NCBI GenBank assembly: GCA_004431415.1
Contig: QPMI01000429.1
Span: forward strand, 62,001 to 126,000
Source of the DNA: Cyanophora paradoxa CCMP329
Lineage: Eukaryota; Plantae; Glaucophyta
Reading direction: 5' to 3'
DNA: 64,000 nt
Each line of letters starts with the position of its first letter. Within the stretch, counting starts at the first letter, position 1. Under the pieces are notes generated by a model, which did not search any database, was not told the origin of the DNA, and saw only the letters and a program-made list of their open reading frames with translations. Below are positions 11,301 to 23,676 of the stretch, piece after piece. The position numbers and the translations under genes are program-made.

Positions 11301-14300
11301 CGGCGGCCCGGCCCGTCGCGGAGGCCCTCTTCTGGGGCATCGCCATGGCACTCTCGCCGAAACTGCGGGCGCTGCAGCGCGCAATCGAGCACGGCATCTA
11401 CCGCCGCGAGCTCCGCCGCGACGGCCTCGTCGCCGCCGTCCAGTGCAACCTGTTCGACGTGCGCCTGCTGCCTGTCGTGCGCATCGGGCCTCACTCGCCA
11501 TACAGGGTCCGGTCACGGGCTTCGTGCGGCGGGCGCCCGACGAGGCGGGCCGCGTGCTTGCCGTCCACATCCTCCCGGGCCTCCTCGACGCGTACGGCCC
11601 GCCCTGCCGCCATGGCCAGCGCCGCCCTCCGCCGACGCGCCGCAGGGAGCCGAAGCGGACGTGTGTGGGCCACGTCGGGGTCGCCTCGGGCAAGGAGGGC
11701 GGCAAGGCTGCGCTCTCGCTGGCCGGCTGCGAGTGCGCCTTCGTGCGGGCCGAGTACGACGGCGACGGGCGCATCCGCCGCCGCCTGCAGTATCGCAGCA
11801 ACGCCGTCCAGTGGACCGCCTTCTACTCATATGACGGTTCCCGTGAGGCAAGCGCAACAATCTGCCTGCTTGCGTCCCCCCTGACCGCCCCGCAGGGATT
11901 CCCCGAGCACGTGCCAAGCGCCAAGCGCGTCTACCAGGGCGAGGTGCTCTCGAAACCGGATTGCTGAACCCGTTTCGTTCTTAAGATTCGTTCTTGCCGC
12001 CAGATGTTCGAGGAGCCGCTTCTGAAGGACGGAGAGCCGCGCCCAGCGGGACTGCTGCAGGCAAGTTGGTCGCACTCTTCGCTCGTTCGGCACTGATGCT
12101 GCTGCAGGAGCTGCGGTACGACGCGACGGGACGCGAGGCGGCGGCTGTGGTGTACGTGCGGCCGTCGTGGGACAAGAGCTCTCCGCAGCCCGTCTCGGCT
12201 TTCCACAGCTTTCCAAGCGATGATCCGCTGGCCGACTCGCACGCGGTGGCCGCCGAGTACGCCGGCGTGCCGCTCGGCCCGCGTCGCACGGGCGCCCTTT
12301 TCGTCGAGCTGTACCCCCACACCCTCCTCCTCAAGCAGGTCTGACGTCCCCAGTGTAGATATCCGGGCCCGCCCTTCTTACATCGGACGCAGGTCGAAGT
12401 GCGTGAGGAAGGGGTGCCAACCTTGCGGACGACGTACTTATGGGGCCACCCCAGCCACCCGCGCATCGCCACAGTGCGGCTGTATTATTGCGAGATCGTT
12501 CAAAATGCAAATTGCGTTTTCGCAGGTGAATGCAGACACAGGCGAGCCGTGTGTGACGCCGGAGCTGGTGAGAAGTCGTGCTATCACATGCTCGATCGAG
12601 AGGGCTTGGGAGCGAAATCTGTTCGCAGGTTGCGAAAGACACGCTCGGACTGATTGCGCGCCTCCGGCACGTCGCCTCCATCTATCAGGTCCATTAACTT
12701 TCGGATAGAGTCGGCGCGCGTTACTGACGCTCGCGGCAGGAGGATCTCCTTGCCCCGCTTCCAAGCTCGAGTGACCGAGAAGAGCCCGAGGAGCCGCCTC
12801 GGCGCTGGCGTCGCAATCCCCGTTCTCGGAGCGTCGCGTCGGGGGCGATGCCGACTGCGATGGCGCGAACCGCGCTCTGGCGCGCCTGGGCCGCGGTGCG
12901 ATGATACCTTCATTCAAAACGCCTTTCTGTCGCTGATTCGTGGTGCAGGGCGCTTTGGACGGAGCGCAGGCGCGGCAGTGGGACGAGGCGCTGCTGCGGG
13001 CAGAGCCGACGCTGCGGCGGTACTGGCGGCTGCGGGACTGGGGCCTGCTGGAGGCGGCCCGCGCGGAGCTGCGGGAGCGCGAATCGGACATCGTCGCTGC
13101 GATCGCGTTCAATAACGAGGCGTGACCGGCCGCACGCGCGTTTGGCAATTATTCTGACGCTGCGCAGGGCGTGCGGACGCTCATGGCCCTCCGTACATCG
13201 GACCTGTTCGACATGTGCCGCGGCGGCGCGTCGCAGCGGTGCGCTTCGTCGTTTCTGTCAGTGGCGTGCTCTGATGCGCCGCAGGTACTCGATCGCCGAG
13301 GCCGAGGCGCCGGCGGGGGCGGGGGCGGGGGCAGAGGGGGCCGACCCCGACGACCCGGCGCTCTTCGCGCGCTGGAACGAGGCCGCCCCGCTGCCCGTCA
13401 CGAACGTCGACACGGGCACCTGGCCCATGGACGGCGGCGTGCGTTTCTGTGCGCCCCGGATGCTTTTCTTCGGCGTCTGATCGCACATAATGCGCAGGGC
13501 GTGGCGGCGTGCCGGCGCGACCTCGTGGACACTCTCCCGCGTCTTCGGTGGGACGCCACAGTTGAGATTGGCAACGAGGCCCGCGGTCCGTACGCGTGAC
13601 CATCGCTAGCATTTATTCTTCGAACCGCCTGCACGGTTGTGAATGCCTGATCATGGGAGCCGTCCTTTAGTGCTTCCTCCGGGCTACAACGTGATGCGAA
13701 ACGTCCGCTCGCTTCACTTGACACCGCTCTGGCACATTTCGGGGGTGCGGTGCTCGCCGTTTCGGCGAGAATGCGCTCTCCTAACGCATCTGCGCGTGCT
13801 GCAGCTGCCGCAGGCGCAGCAGGCGGACCAGGAGATGGCTGCCGTCCCGTACGGTCTGCTGGCGGCGCGGCGCTGGAGGACTTCGCCGAACATCATTCGG
13901 CGCTTCTTCGTTCCGATCTTGCGCCGAGTGAGAGCTCTTTGATTTTGCTCCGCATTGAGCAGCGCGTTCAAGTCACGATTTTGCCCGTATACGTAGATGA
14001 TGGCGATCCAAGCGAACCGGCGCCCCACAAAGCGCGAGCTCGACATCGCGACCGTGGCGTACACCAACTTTGCGCTGTGTTCGTACAACTCGTTATCTTT
14101 TGCATATGCTGTCACTCGCCATCATGTTCTTGCAGATCTCCGAACGTACGATTTGAATGATACCGTCAGCAGCGCCGACGTTCGTGCAGCCTACACTCGC
14201 TTCTGGTGACTGTCTCTCTACATCGTGGTGCAGCTTATTTCCTCTAACGATTGGCGTTTCTGCAGGCTTGACGACGCACATCGCATCGCACAGAATGGCC

Positions 14301-17300
14301 CGTACGCCTGCATCGAGATGTGCACCCGTAAGCAATTTAGAATTGATGGCCATCATATTCTTCGAATTGCGTTCATTCTGTGCCACGGTCCACCATAGTG
14401 GATGAGGTGGAGGCGGCGTACGAATTCACACTCAACCACATGCTGAGGCCATGGGCCTCGGAACCCGTGCCCAACTGCGTAACCCACGCCTCTCATCACG
14501 GTCAGTCACGAGAGGCCGATTTTCCGCGGTCCTCTGCGCTCACGCGAAGCTCAGGCATCCAGGGCGCGCTCGGGCTGATTGCAAAGGTCCTCCACGGCTC
14601 GGGTTTCATCCAGTGGGACCGTGCGGCGCTCACTTCTTTCAGACACTCTCAGATGCATCGCTCATCCCGAAGCGCAGACTGCATTCTCTATCGGGAGTTT
14701 CTGCGCTACGCCAACGATGACAGGTCGATACCGCAAAATTATTGCAGCGAATGGGCTGCTTATCCGGTTCCCTTGCAGGAGCCATCGGCAGTGGGTGAAG
14801 TACGCGATCGGCTGTCTCTTCCGTGGGACAACGTTCATCAATTACCATGCAGCCGACACCGTGCGAAATTCGTTAGAAGAAAACTTCTCGTGGTGCCTGG
14901 CTCATGTCCCGCTCGCGATCAGATCGTTTCCTGCTGTGCAACGTTCAACAACGAGTGGGAGGTCAATGTTGGGGGCGGCCGCGGGCACGACGGGCGCACG
15001 GTGGCGATGCGGCGCAAGCTCTCGCCCGTCGTGAACGGGATGCTGATGGGCCGCTTCGCCCCGCGGCGCGAGTCCGAGCGCCCGCGTCCGACGGCAGTGA
15101 TGGTGCGCGAAACGTCGTCAGTTTGAGAACCGCTCGGTGCCGCCTCTGAACCTTGCGCAGCTGTCTCATGTTACCATCCTCAAGGACATCAAAACGGCCG
15201 TCCGCGCCGCAAAGGTGCGTTCGATGCCGATTTCCGTGACTCCCCCATGCCGACTGATTATAACTCGAATCGACTGCTACTTGTGTGGCAGGTGATCGTG
15301 GAGGAGTACGGCCTGCGCGAGTACCAGCTCCTCGTCTACGGCGACACCACCAAGGGTGCGAGGCGTGCGAAGCGTCGGGTCGCCTAGCGCTCTTCTCACA
15401 CTGCAACAGATCCCACGCACGCTGACGAGTGCCGAGCTTTCATTTTCGCGAATGGCCTGGAGACGAATGTTTTGCTCTGTGGCCTCGGCAACTCGCCCAT
15501 CGTGCTTCCCCGTGGCTGGTGAGTGGATGCTGCCCTCGCATTCGGGTCGCGTTCTCACGGCTCGGGCGCAGGCTGATGCTGAACTCGTCGCGCTCGGAGG
15601 GCCTGCCGCTCGCGCTGGGCGAGGCCGGCCTCTGCGGCCTCCCCGTCGTCTGCACGGACGGTGCGCCTGCAGCCGCCCGGCGCCGCGCCAAAGGGCCGAC
15701 GCCGCCGGCCGGGGCAGTGGCGGGGTCGAAGGAGATCATCCAAGTGCCGGAGGACCCGTCGCGCGTCTTCGGAGCCCTCGTGCCGCCCGTCGACCACGCC
15801 GCCCTCGCCCGCGCGCAGCTCGAGGTCCCGCCCCACCGCCCGCCGCCCGCCGCCCGCCCGCCCGGCGCTGACCGGGGGCAGGTCTTCTGCATGACGGGGT
15901 ACCTGCCGGAGCTGGCGGGCGAGCCGCGGCCGGGCCCCTCGCTCGACGCGCTGCTGCGGGGCGGCCCCGGCGCGCTGCGGGCGCGGATGGCGGAGGCGAA
16001 GCTCCTGCGGCAGCGCCTCGGCATGCGCTACCGCGCCAACGTCGCCGCCTCCTTCGGCCTCGTGCGCCCGCACCCCCGCCCCGCTGCGCCGCGCCCGCCG
16101 ACCCGCCGCAGGACCGGTACAAGCGGGAGCACGAGCAGCAGATCTGGGCGTGGGCGGTCCGCCACCGCGAGCTGCAGGCCCGCGCCGTCGCCCTCGCCGC
16201 GCGGCCGGCCGGCGCCGCGGCGGCCCCGCTGCGGGCCCCGGCGCCCTTCTTCGCGGCGGCGCTCGCGTCGGTCGTGGCGCAGTGGCCGCGCACCATCGAC
16301 CTGCCGCGCCCGCCGCCCGTCGACTCCCGCCCGGCCCCCGGCGACCCGCCGCTCGCCCCGCCCCGCGCCCTCGCCATCCTCGCCGCCCGCCCGACGGCGC
16401 CGGACCTCCTCGCGCCGCTGTGGGAGGACGAGCGGCGCGCCGGTGAGGCCGCCGCCCCTGCCCCCGGCCGCCTCCTCGACCTCTACCTCTGCCCGACCGC
16501 CGCGGAGCCCGCGGGGCGGGCGGTGAGCGAGCGCCTGCTGGCGATCCGGCGCGCCCCGAGTCTCCCGCCGCCCAGCCCCGGCCTTGTGCCGCCAAGCCCG
16601 AGCGACGTGGTCAAGAGCGCGCGGCTGCTGTCGGCGGGCTCGCTGCGGCGGCGCGCTCCGGCGTGGCGGCCGCCGCGGCTGCCGGGCGAGCGGCCCGTGC
16701 CGCTCCTGTGGGAGCTCACGGTCGAGTCGCCCGCGCCCGAGCCCGAGCCCGAGGCGCCCCCGCCTCTGCCCGCTCCGGAGCCGCTGCCGGAGCCGCTGCC
16801 GGAGCCGCTGCCAGAGGCGGAGCCGGAGCCCGAGCATCAGCCGCAGCCGGAGCCGGAGCCGGAGCCAGAGCTCCGGGAGGTCGAGGCTGCGGGCGAGCAG
16901 GAGCCGAAGCAAGAGCCTCAGCCGGAGCAGCTGGGGGCGGGGACGTTGGAGGTGGCGCCTTCCGTGCCGCCGTCCGAGCCGCCGGTCGCGCCGGCGGCGC
17001 CGGTGGCGCCGGAGGAGGAGGACCGGCTGCCGGCGTGCGAGGAGGACCCGCCGGCCCTCGACATCGAGCCGCTTGCCGCGCCCGAGCGCGTGCTGCCGCG
17101 CCTGTGGGAGTACCCGGAGGACGAGCCGGGCCAGTCGGCGGCCCTGAGCTTCCCGCCCCGGCGCCTGCCGTACCTGTGGGGGTACCCCGAACTCGAGGAG
17201 GGCCCGGCCCCGCCCCCCGTCTTCCCCCTCCGCGACATCCCGTACCTCTGGGACTACCCCCTCGAGGACGGCTTCCCACGGCCCCCGCCCGCCCGCCCGA

Positions 17301-18693
17301 GGCCCGCCGCGCAGGCGCCGGCCGCGGCAGCTGCAGCCGCCGCCCAGCCGCCGGCGGCGGCAAGCGATACGACCGGCCGGGAAGGTCCAGCGGCGCCAGT
17401 GGAGGGGCCGCCCGCCGCGGCCCCGCCACCGGTCTCCGACTCCGCCGCGGCTCCGGCTCCGCCCGTTGCGGAGCCGCCTGCGCCGGCGGTGGCCGGCGCT
17501 CCGGAGGCTCAAGTTAAGGAGCAGCCTCCAGCTGCCCTCCCGTCGTCGCCGGCCCCGCCCCTGGAAGCTCCTGCGGCCAGCGCGGCCGCTGTCCCCTCGG
17601 AGCCTCCCCCGCCGCCTCCGCCGCGGGCCGCCCCTCCGCCCTACCGCTCCTCGGGCTTCTCGTCGGCCGCCACCCGCCGCTGGCAGCCGCCGGCGCCGCT
17701 CCAGCCCCAGCCCCGCCCCACGCGGCCGGCGTCGCAGCCGCCCCGCCCCGCGCGGCCGGCGGTGCAGCAGCCGCTGCTGCGGACGGGGGCGCAGCCGCCA
17801 CACAAACCTTCCGCAGCGAGCAGCGTGGGCCCCTCCGCCCCGGCGCCGGCGCCGGTCGCCGCGGGCCCGTCGGGGGTGAAGAGCTACGGGGGACGGCCGC
17901 CGCTGGCGGGGGCGTGGCTCGAGGCGGAAGGGTCGAGGGCGCCGGCGCGGGAGCCGCCGCGGCGGCGCGTCTCGCCGGCCATCGCCCAGCGCCTCGGGGC
18001 TTCGAGGGCGAGGCCGGCCCCCGCCCCGGCGCCGCCTCCGCCCCGCCCCGCGTCCGCGCCAGCGGCCCCCGGGCCGAGGCGGCAGCGGCCGCCGCGGGGC
18101 AGCGCGAGCGGCCGTCGCCGCGCGGCGCGGCGGACTCCGCGGGAGGGCCGGAGGGCCTGCTGGAGGCGGCCGGCGGGTCGGAGGGCCCCGCGGAGGCGGC
18201 TGGCGCCAGTGGCGGGCCGCCGGGCCCGGCGGAGGCGGCCGGCGGGCGGGAGGGAGCGGCGGAGGCACCCGACGCGTGCAGACGCGCATCAGCACCAAGT
18301 GCAAGCAGGACTATGGAGGACGCGTGCGATCTGGCGAAGGCCGGCAGCAGGGTCGCCCAGGCCCCGGCTGAAGAGTCGACTGGCGGGCCGGAGCGCCCAG
18401 CAGAGGCTGGAGGCGACGTCTCCGCAGCGGCGGGGAAGGGCCGTCGCGAAAAGATCGGAAAGTTACCGGCGCCGCTGCAAAATATGCAGCTGCAAGCCGG
18501 CGCGCACGCTTCTAAGTCTCTCGCACTGCTCGCAAGCATTCGGGGCCCACGGCCCGTCCCTGGAGAGATGCCGGCTCTTGACGAGGACGACGCTACGGCT
18601 CTTGCTGCCGTTCCCGCGGCCACCGCAGCTCCTCAGCAGGGCCGCTCTGCCGCGGCTGTTGTCGGACTGTTCTTCGGCAGCGCTCCGATGTAA
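2809..18693 (+). CDS. Giant multi-exon GT4 (PelF/DUF3492-like) glycosyltransferase, fungal Gtb3-like galactosaminogalactan-synthase architecture
   Basis: Spliced translation gives FAVFLG...FDLAVLDP, KGFDGVLLA (3441), hydrophobic TM exons (~6650-11350), WDEALLRAEPTLRRYWRLRDWG (12979), DTGTWPMDGG|GVAACRRDLVDTL (13409), LSHVTILKDIKTAVRAAK, YQLLVYGD, NSSRSEGLPLALGEA (GT-B E-X7-E, 15597-15623), LPVVCTD and RYKREHEQQIW (~16115), then a Pro/Glu-rich tail. Exact start and end are approximate, and there are a few apparent frameshifts in GC runs. Confidence 0.8.
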
Positions 18694-18821
18694 ATATGCA
18701 AAGAACGACAAGAACAGGATCGTCGGGCTCTAGTGCTGTAGGTGGCTCGGAATCAAAACGTCATATGCATGTGCACCCCGAGACCCTGGCCATGGTCTAG
18801 ATGACCTATTTAGAGGGGATA

Positions 18822-18826
18822 GTGTG

Positions 18827-18891
<65 letters not shown>
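18822..18891 (+). repeat. (GT)n microsatellite followed by a poly-G tract
   Basis: Directly visible: gtgtgt... then ~33 G. Confidence 0.95.
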
Positions 18892-19385
18892 CGTGCGCGT
18901 GCGGGGCTTCCGATCGCGAACGTACGTTAGCTAGTACTAGGACATGATCATCATCGCATATGAAAGATGAAACAGGTTTTCGGTTATCATGCATATGCAT
19001 AGTCGGTGGTAGGCGCGGTCACCGGGTGGTAGGTTAAACGTTGGTCATGATCACGAGAATTCAAAATTTACTATATATATATATGAACCAGTTTTGATTT
19101 TAGAAAACCGTTGATCATTGTAATTAAGTGCTGACCACCTTGCCTGTACACGCCCCCACAGTGCTGGAGTAGACTAGAGGCTGTGGCCGGTAATTCACCA
19201 AAAAAAAAAATTGTAATTAAGTTTGGTACTACGGTATTCATATTAATAATATTAAGAAATTCAACCAGTTGCATTGAGTTCGAACAGACTCTCAGAGTCT
19301 GAGATGAAGTTTGTTACCCTCATCCCCTCCGCCGTGGGGCCGAGTTTCGACGTACGAGAGTCGACGATCGATATCGCAACAGCGA

Positions 19386-19517
19386 ATTCCGATGTTCCGA
19401 CGAGTGTTCCCCCACCAAATTCCGATATCGATGTTCCGACGAGTGTTGCCCCATGGCCACCAAATTCCGATGTTCCGACGAGTGTTCCCCCACCAAATTC
19501 CGATGTTCCGACGAGTG
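19386..19517 (+). repeat. Tandem minisatellite, ~33-bp unit AATTCCGATGTTCCGACGAGTGTTCCCCCACCA, about 4 copies
   Basis: Four units visible. The second has small insertions and the last is partial. Confidence 0.9.
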
Positions 19518-20336
19518 ATGTGCATGCGCATCGATATCTGAAGGTAGGAGCTGAACTTTTGCTAGGCGTAGGGCTGGGCCACCCAGCGGCGAGCCGCACC
19601 GCCGCCCGCCGCCCCGCCGCCCCGCCCGGAGAGCCTATCCGGATCCGCCGCCCGCCGCATCCCCGCCCCGGCCGCGAGCCTCGGAGCCGCGCCGCCGCCC
19701 GCCGCGCCTCCGCCTCGCCCGGCGAGCCGCGCCGGCGCCGCCCACGCCTCCGCCCCGTCCGCGAGCCGCACCGGCCGCCCCGCCGCATGCCGCCTCCGCC
19801 CCGTCCCGCGAGCCGCGCCGGGGCGCCGCCGCCCGCCGCCTCTCCGCGCCGTCCCCTCCCCTGTCGGCGAGCCGCCCCGCCGGCTTAGCTATATATAGAG
19901 AGCGTGACGGAAAATCCGACGGGTAGCAAGCTTAAGGGGGGTTTGAGCAGCTGACCCCCCTATGCAATTTGCAAATTCCGATCACCCGGAAATATATCTT
20001 CGAATTCCGCCCCCCCCCCCCGCCCCTCTAGATCTGTTCCCTCCCCCCCGGGTTCAGCATGTGCACCGGCCGCTCGAGCGCGGCGACTCGATCGCCGCCG
20101 AGAGCACGCATATGCATTCGCGAGGCTCGCAATCTTGTCATCGATATATATATATACATGTACATCCTAGGCCTTGCGACTGTGCAATCGCATGCGAAAA
20201 AAATCACATCATGCATATGGCATTGAACTTGCATGTACGTACATCGAAAGTCGAAAGCGGAGTGCGACGTGTGTTCATTGGTGCGTTTTAAAATTTATTA
20301 TGTCGCACGTCGACTTTAATCGAGCTATAGCTATAG

Positions 20337-22054
20337 CTAAAAAAGTGCGACAGCGCTGGCTGCGATGGCGACGGCCAGCTGCAAGAACCCCTGCGAAATT
20401 AAAGCAGTTCGTCGATACGGGAAGACGTGCGTTATATAATTAAGGCGCGGTAAGATGCGGACCATGTATGCAGCGTGCAACTGCAGGGCCCCCGAAAGAT
20501 ACGGCACGGTCTGTGCGTACGCGCTGATGACGGTCCAGCGGAAGGCCTAGGTTTAACAGAGCGGCGAGAGCGAATTCGAGCGAGAATCAGATCGGGGACT
20601 GGAGGTCAAGATCGCCAATCGGGCGCACCCCGCCGAGGACGACGGTGCGGAATGTGGGCGTTGCTTCCGCAGACTCGACGCGGAGGTCGTAAACCACACC
20701 AGGCTGGAAGGCAAGGATGGCGCGGCGGCGGCTGAACGTCGGCGGTACTGCAGGCGCCTCACATCACTCCTAAGGAGGACGGATTTGCAGCTGGCAGCCT
20801 GATCGCACCGAAACGGATCTCGGTTGCGGAGAAAACCGTTGCACTTGGAGCTTTGCGCGTCTCCCCGGTGGCTGATCAAGACAGGCAGCGTCAGCAACGG
20901 CATATGCATGTGCAGGCTGTGTCCGGGCACATACCCGGGTTGACGACGTACACGCTGATTTTTTCTCCGACCTAGCCTGGGTGTCAGATGCAGATCACGG
21001 TATCGCCAAAAGTCGCTAATTATGAAAGGGCTCGATCAGACGTTGGCAGATGCGAAATTGTCGAACCGGGAACGAGTTTCCGAACAGGGAGATGTAGGCG
21101 GACCCCGTCGCACTCGTCGCGACTGACGTCTGCAGATTCTGGAGATTGCGGGACTCGGGACTCGGGAAGTTTCAGAGGAGAATTCGAGACTAAAAGACGG
21201 ACGACGACGGCGGTGTAGAGGGGGATGTCGATCACGACGCGGACGGAGCCATCCTGCGCCCGAATCAGCCCGCGGGCTCCCAGATCCGGCCGCATTGCAC
21301 ATCAGCCTCTCACCTGTTCAACGACTGCTTTGCCAGATGCGGTGAGGTTCGCGACGTCAACCTGAAGGTTTTAGATTCTCTCAGCAACCCATTTTCGAAT
21401 TTAGGGGCTTTTTATTCGAAGCAGCAACAGGTAGATTCGCACGGAGCCGATGTTACCGATGACCAGCGCAACTGGAAGAGGGTTCTGTTCGCGATTGCGA
21501 TCAGCTGCCGCGAACTCGAAGCAGAAAGATGGATAATCGGCAGGGCGACACACCAAAGCGGGGCTGGCCATGGGCGACGGGCTCGGGCTGGACGACGTCG
21601 ATGTCGACGGGCTGGGAGACGGGCTCGGGCTGGGAGACGGGCTCGGGCTCGGCGACGTCAACGGGCTTGGAGACGGGCTCGGGCTGGGCGACGGGCTCGG
21701 GCTCGGCGACGGGCTCGGGCTCGGCGAGGGGCTTGCACTTGGCGATGGCGTTGCCGTTGCTACGGGGCCGGGGCCGCCACCACCGCCGCCGCCGCCACCA
21801 CCGCCGCCAGTGATGCCGCAAAAGGTGCCAGCTACATAACAGTAGTTTGAGGTGCAGTGGCTGTCCTGTGTGCAGTAACCTCCAAGTGCATTGGTCTTGC
21901 AGAGATTGCCACTGCAGGATTCGTCACCATAAGTGTCGGGGCAGTCTGCGTTCGATTGACACGCTTCGCCAAGGCTGGCGACCAGGACCGGCTGAACGAC
22001 GAGGAGCGCGGCCACCAAGACGGCGAGAACTGGCCATGACCCGCGAGCCCGCAT
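20337..22054 (-). CDS. Putative GPI-anchored cell-surface protein: signal peptide, Cys-rich module, Gly-rich + (SP)n linker, IPT/TIG-like domain, hydrophobic C-terminus
   Basis: MRARGSWPVLAVLVAALLVVQPVLVA; LGEACQSNADC...C...LGGYCTQDSHCTSNYC; long SPSPSP run. Spliced exons give ISLFGNSFP|VGEKISVYVVNP|ATGETRKAPSATVFSATEIRF|VPP...PGVVYDLRVES...GG|AFRWT. Ends LSGALQLHAAYM|GFLQLAVAIAASAVALF-TAG (20337). Confidence 0.75.
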
Positions 22055-22360
22055 TGCCAGTACTAGTGAGCTGCCAGGCTGGTAGACTGTGGTAGTAGCC
22101 TGGTACGGTACTATTCTATAGCTATAGGCTATAGCTAGCCTAGTAATAGTACCGTATACGTAATACCGTAGTACGCCGTGACGGTAGTACGGTACTAGTG
22201 AGCTTGCCAGGCTTGGCCCGTGGGGCTGCGCACTGCGGCAGCAGCGCAAGCTGCAGCTGCGGAGCCTGCCGCCTGCGCCGGCGGCGGTCCTCTGACCGTC
22301 CTCATGATCAGCCTGGCAGGGCCTGCGGATCGAATCAGTGCGGATATCGATACCGTAGTA

Positions 22361-22794
22361 CTGTAGAACGGGGTAGAACGGGAAATATTTACGACAGTAA
22401 AATATTTAACAATTCCCAGTTTTGGCCATTTTAACAAGCTGTAATTAATTAAGACTTGGTGCATGCGCGCGGGGCGCTTTAGTAGGGGACTTTAGAAGGG
22501 GGTGGGCGCGCGCCGGAGCGGCGCCGGCGCGCACCCCCGCGGCCGCCCGCCCCCTGGTTCTTGCATGCATCTTGCATTCGAATTGCTCGGTGGCGACGCC
22601 GCGCGCTTCTGCGCCTTCGCCTTCGGAGGCATATGCATGCTTACATGTTGCGCTATAGCTATACGGCAGCGCGAACGAAGTCCCGCAGAGGCGTACCCCC
22701 CATCATGTTTAGCAGGCTGGAAATCTTTAACAAATCGTCTCAAAACTTTAAGTGTTAAAAATATTCAGCATCGTAAATATTTCCCGTTCTACAG
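22361..22794. mobile_element. TA-flanked MITE (Tc1/mariner-pogo-like, non-autonomous)
   Basis: TIR CTGTAGAACGGGAAATATTTACGA at both ends (the left copy has a 10-bp internal duplication); TA on both flanks. Confidence 0.8.
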
Positions 22795-23153
22795 TACTCA
22801 GAGGCTGACCCTGGCTGAGTCGACGTCAGAGTCGGTCAGACTCTGAGAGCTGCAGCTGGCTCAGCCGGCAGGCTGCGGCTCAGCAGCGGCTTTTTTTTGC
22901 ACTGCGGCAGCGGCTTCGCTGCCTGCCGCAGTCACTGAGTGCGCATGCGCCGCGCCGCCCGCGCGCGCGTGATGCGCGACGTTGCGCGTTACGGGCCGGC
23001 GCCCTCACTGAGTCACTGAGTCACGGACTCACTGAGTCACGGGCCCACGGCGCGCGCCCGGCCGCGGCGGCCGCCCGCCGCCGCCCCGGCGGCCGCCGGC
23101 GCGCCGGCCGGGCGCGCGCCGCGCGGTCATGCACCGGCCCGGCGGGTACGGAC

Positions 23154-23676
23154 CAGTGATGGCGTCATGACCGGACTCCCCCTGGAGGCCGTGACCGTCA
23201 TGACCCGGTCAGGTCACGTCATATCACGGTCAGGTCACGGTGACCAGGGGTACCACTCTGTAAACCTCGTCATCTCCGTTCCAAACATGAATTCTGATGC
23301 GGTTTCTACGCAAACTTTGAAAAGCATCTGCTGCGCTGTTATATACCTTTCTGAACTTGTGAAGATCAGGAAACCCTCTAATAGGCGCTTCAGCCGTCCG
23401 TAAAACAGACCAGGGGGTACAGTCCTCCAAGGTCATGACCGCACCTGTCAAGTTTTAGGGTCCTGAGAAGCGATATAAAGCGTGATAGAGCTTCAGAAGT
23501 GTGTTATATAGCCTTCTCTCTTCCTTTTAACTCGTTTTCAATGCACGTTTGACGGTTTTCTGGGCGTGATCAGGGGGGGTCGGGCGGTCATGACCCGGCA
23601 CCCCCCCGGTCATGCATGATATCACGTCAGTCACGGTCACGGTCACGTCAGGTCACGGGTCATGACGCCATCACTG
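23154..23676. mobile_element. Non-autonomous hAT element
   Basis: Perfect 19-bp TIR CAGTGATGGCGTCATGACC; 8-bp TSD GTACGGAC (23146-23153, 23677-23684); subterminal GGTCAC/GTGACC repeats. Confidence 0.92.

Noticed and set aside
16028-18304. Long antisense ORFs (758 aa here; 1182 aa at 37888-41436; 557 aa at 31145-32818)
   Set aside because: These are stop-poor shadow frames caused by extreme GC content opposite real genes.
19386-19517. CRISPR-like array
   Set aside because: The inter-repeat segments are short and near-identical, with no unique spacers and no cas genes, in a eukaryotic context. It is a minisatellite.
22231-22941. CACTG-type element enclosing the 22361 MITE
   Set aside because: The ACTGCGGCAG inverted match is short, the right end is scrambled and there is no convincing TSD.
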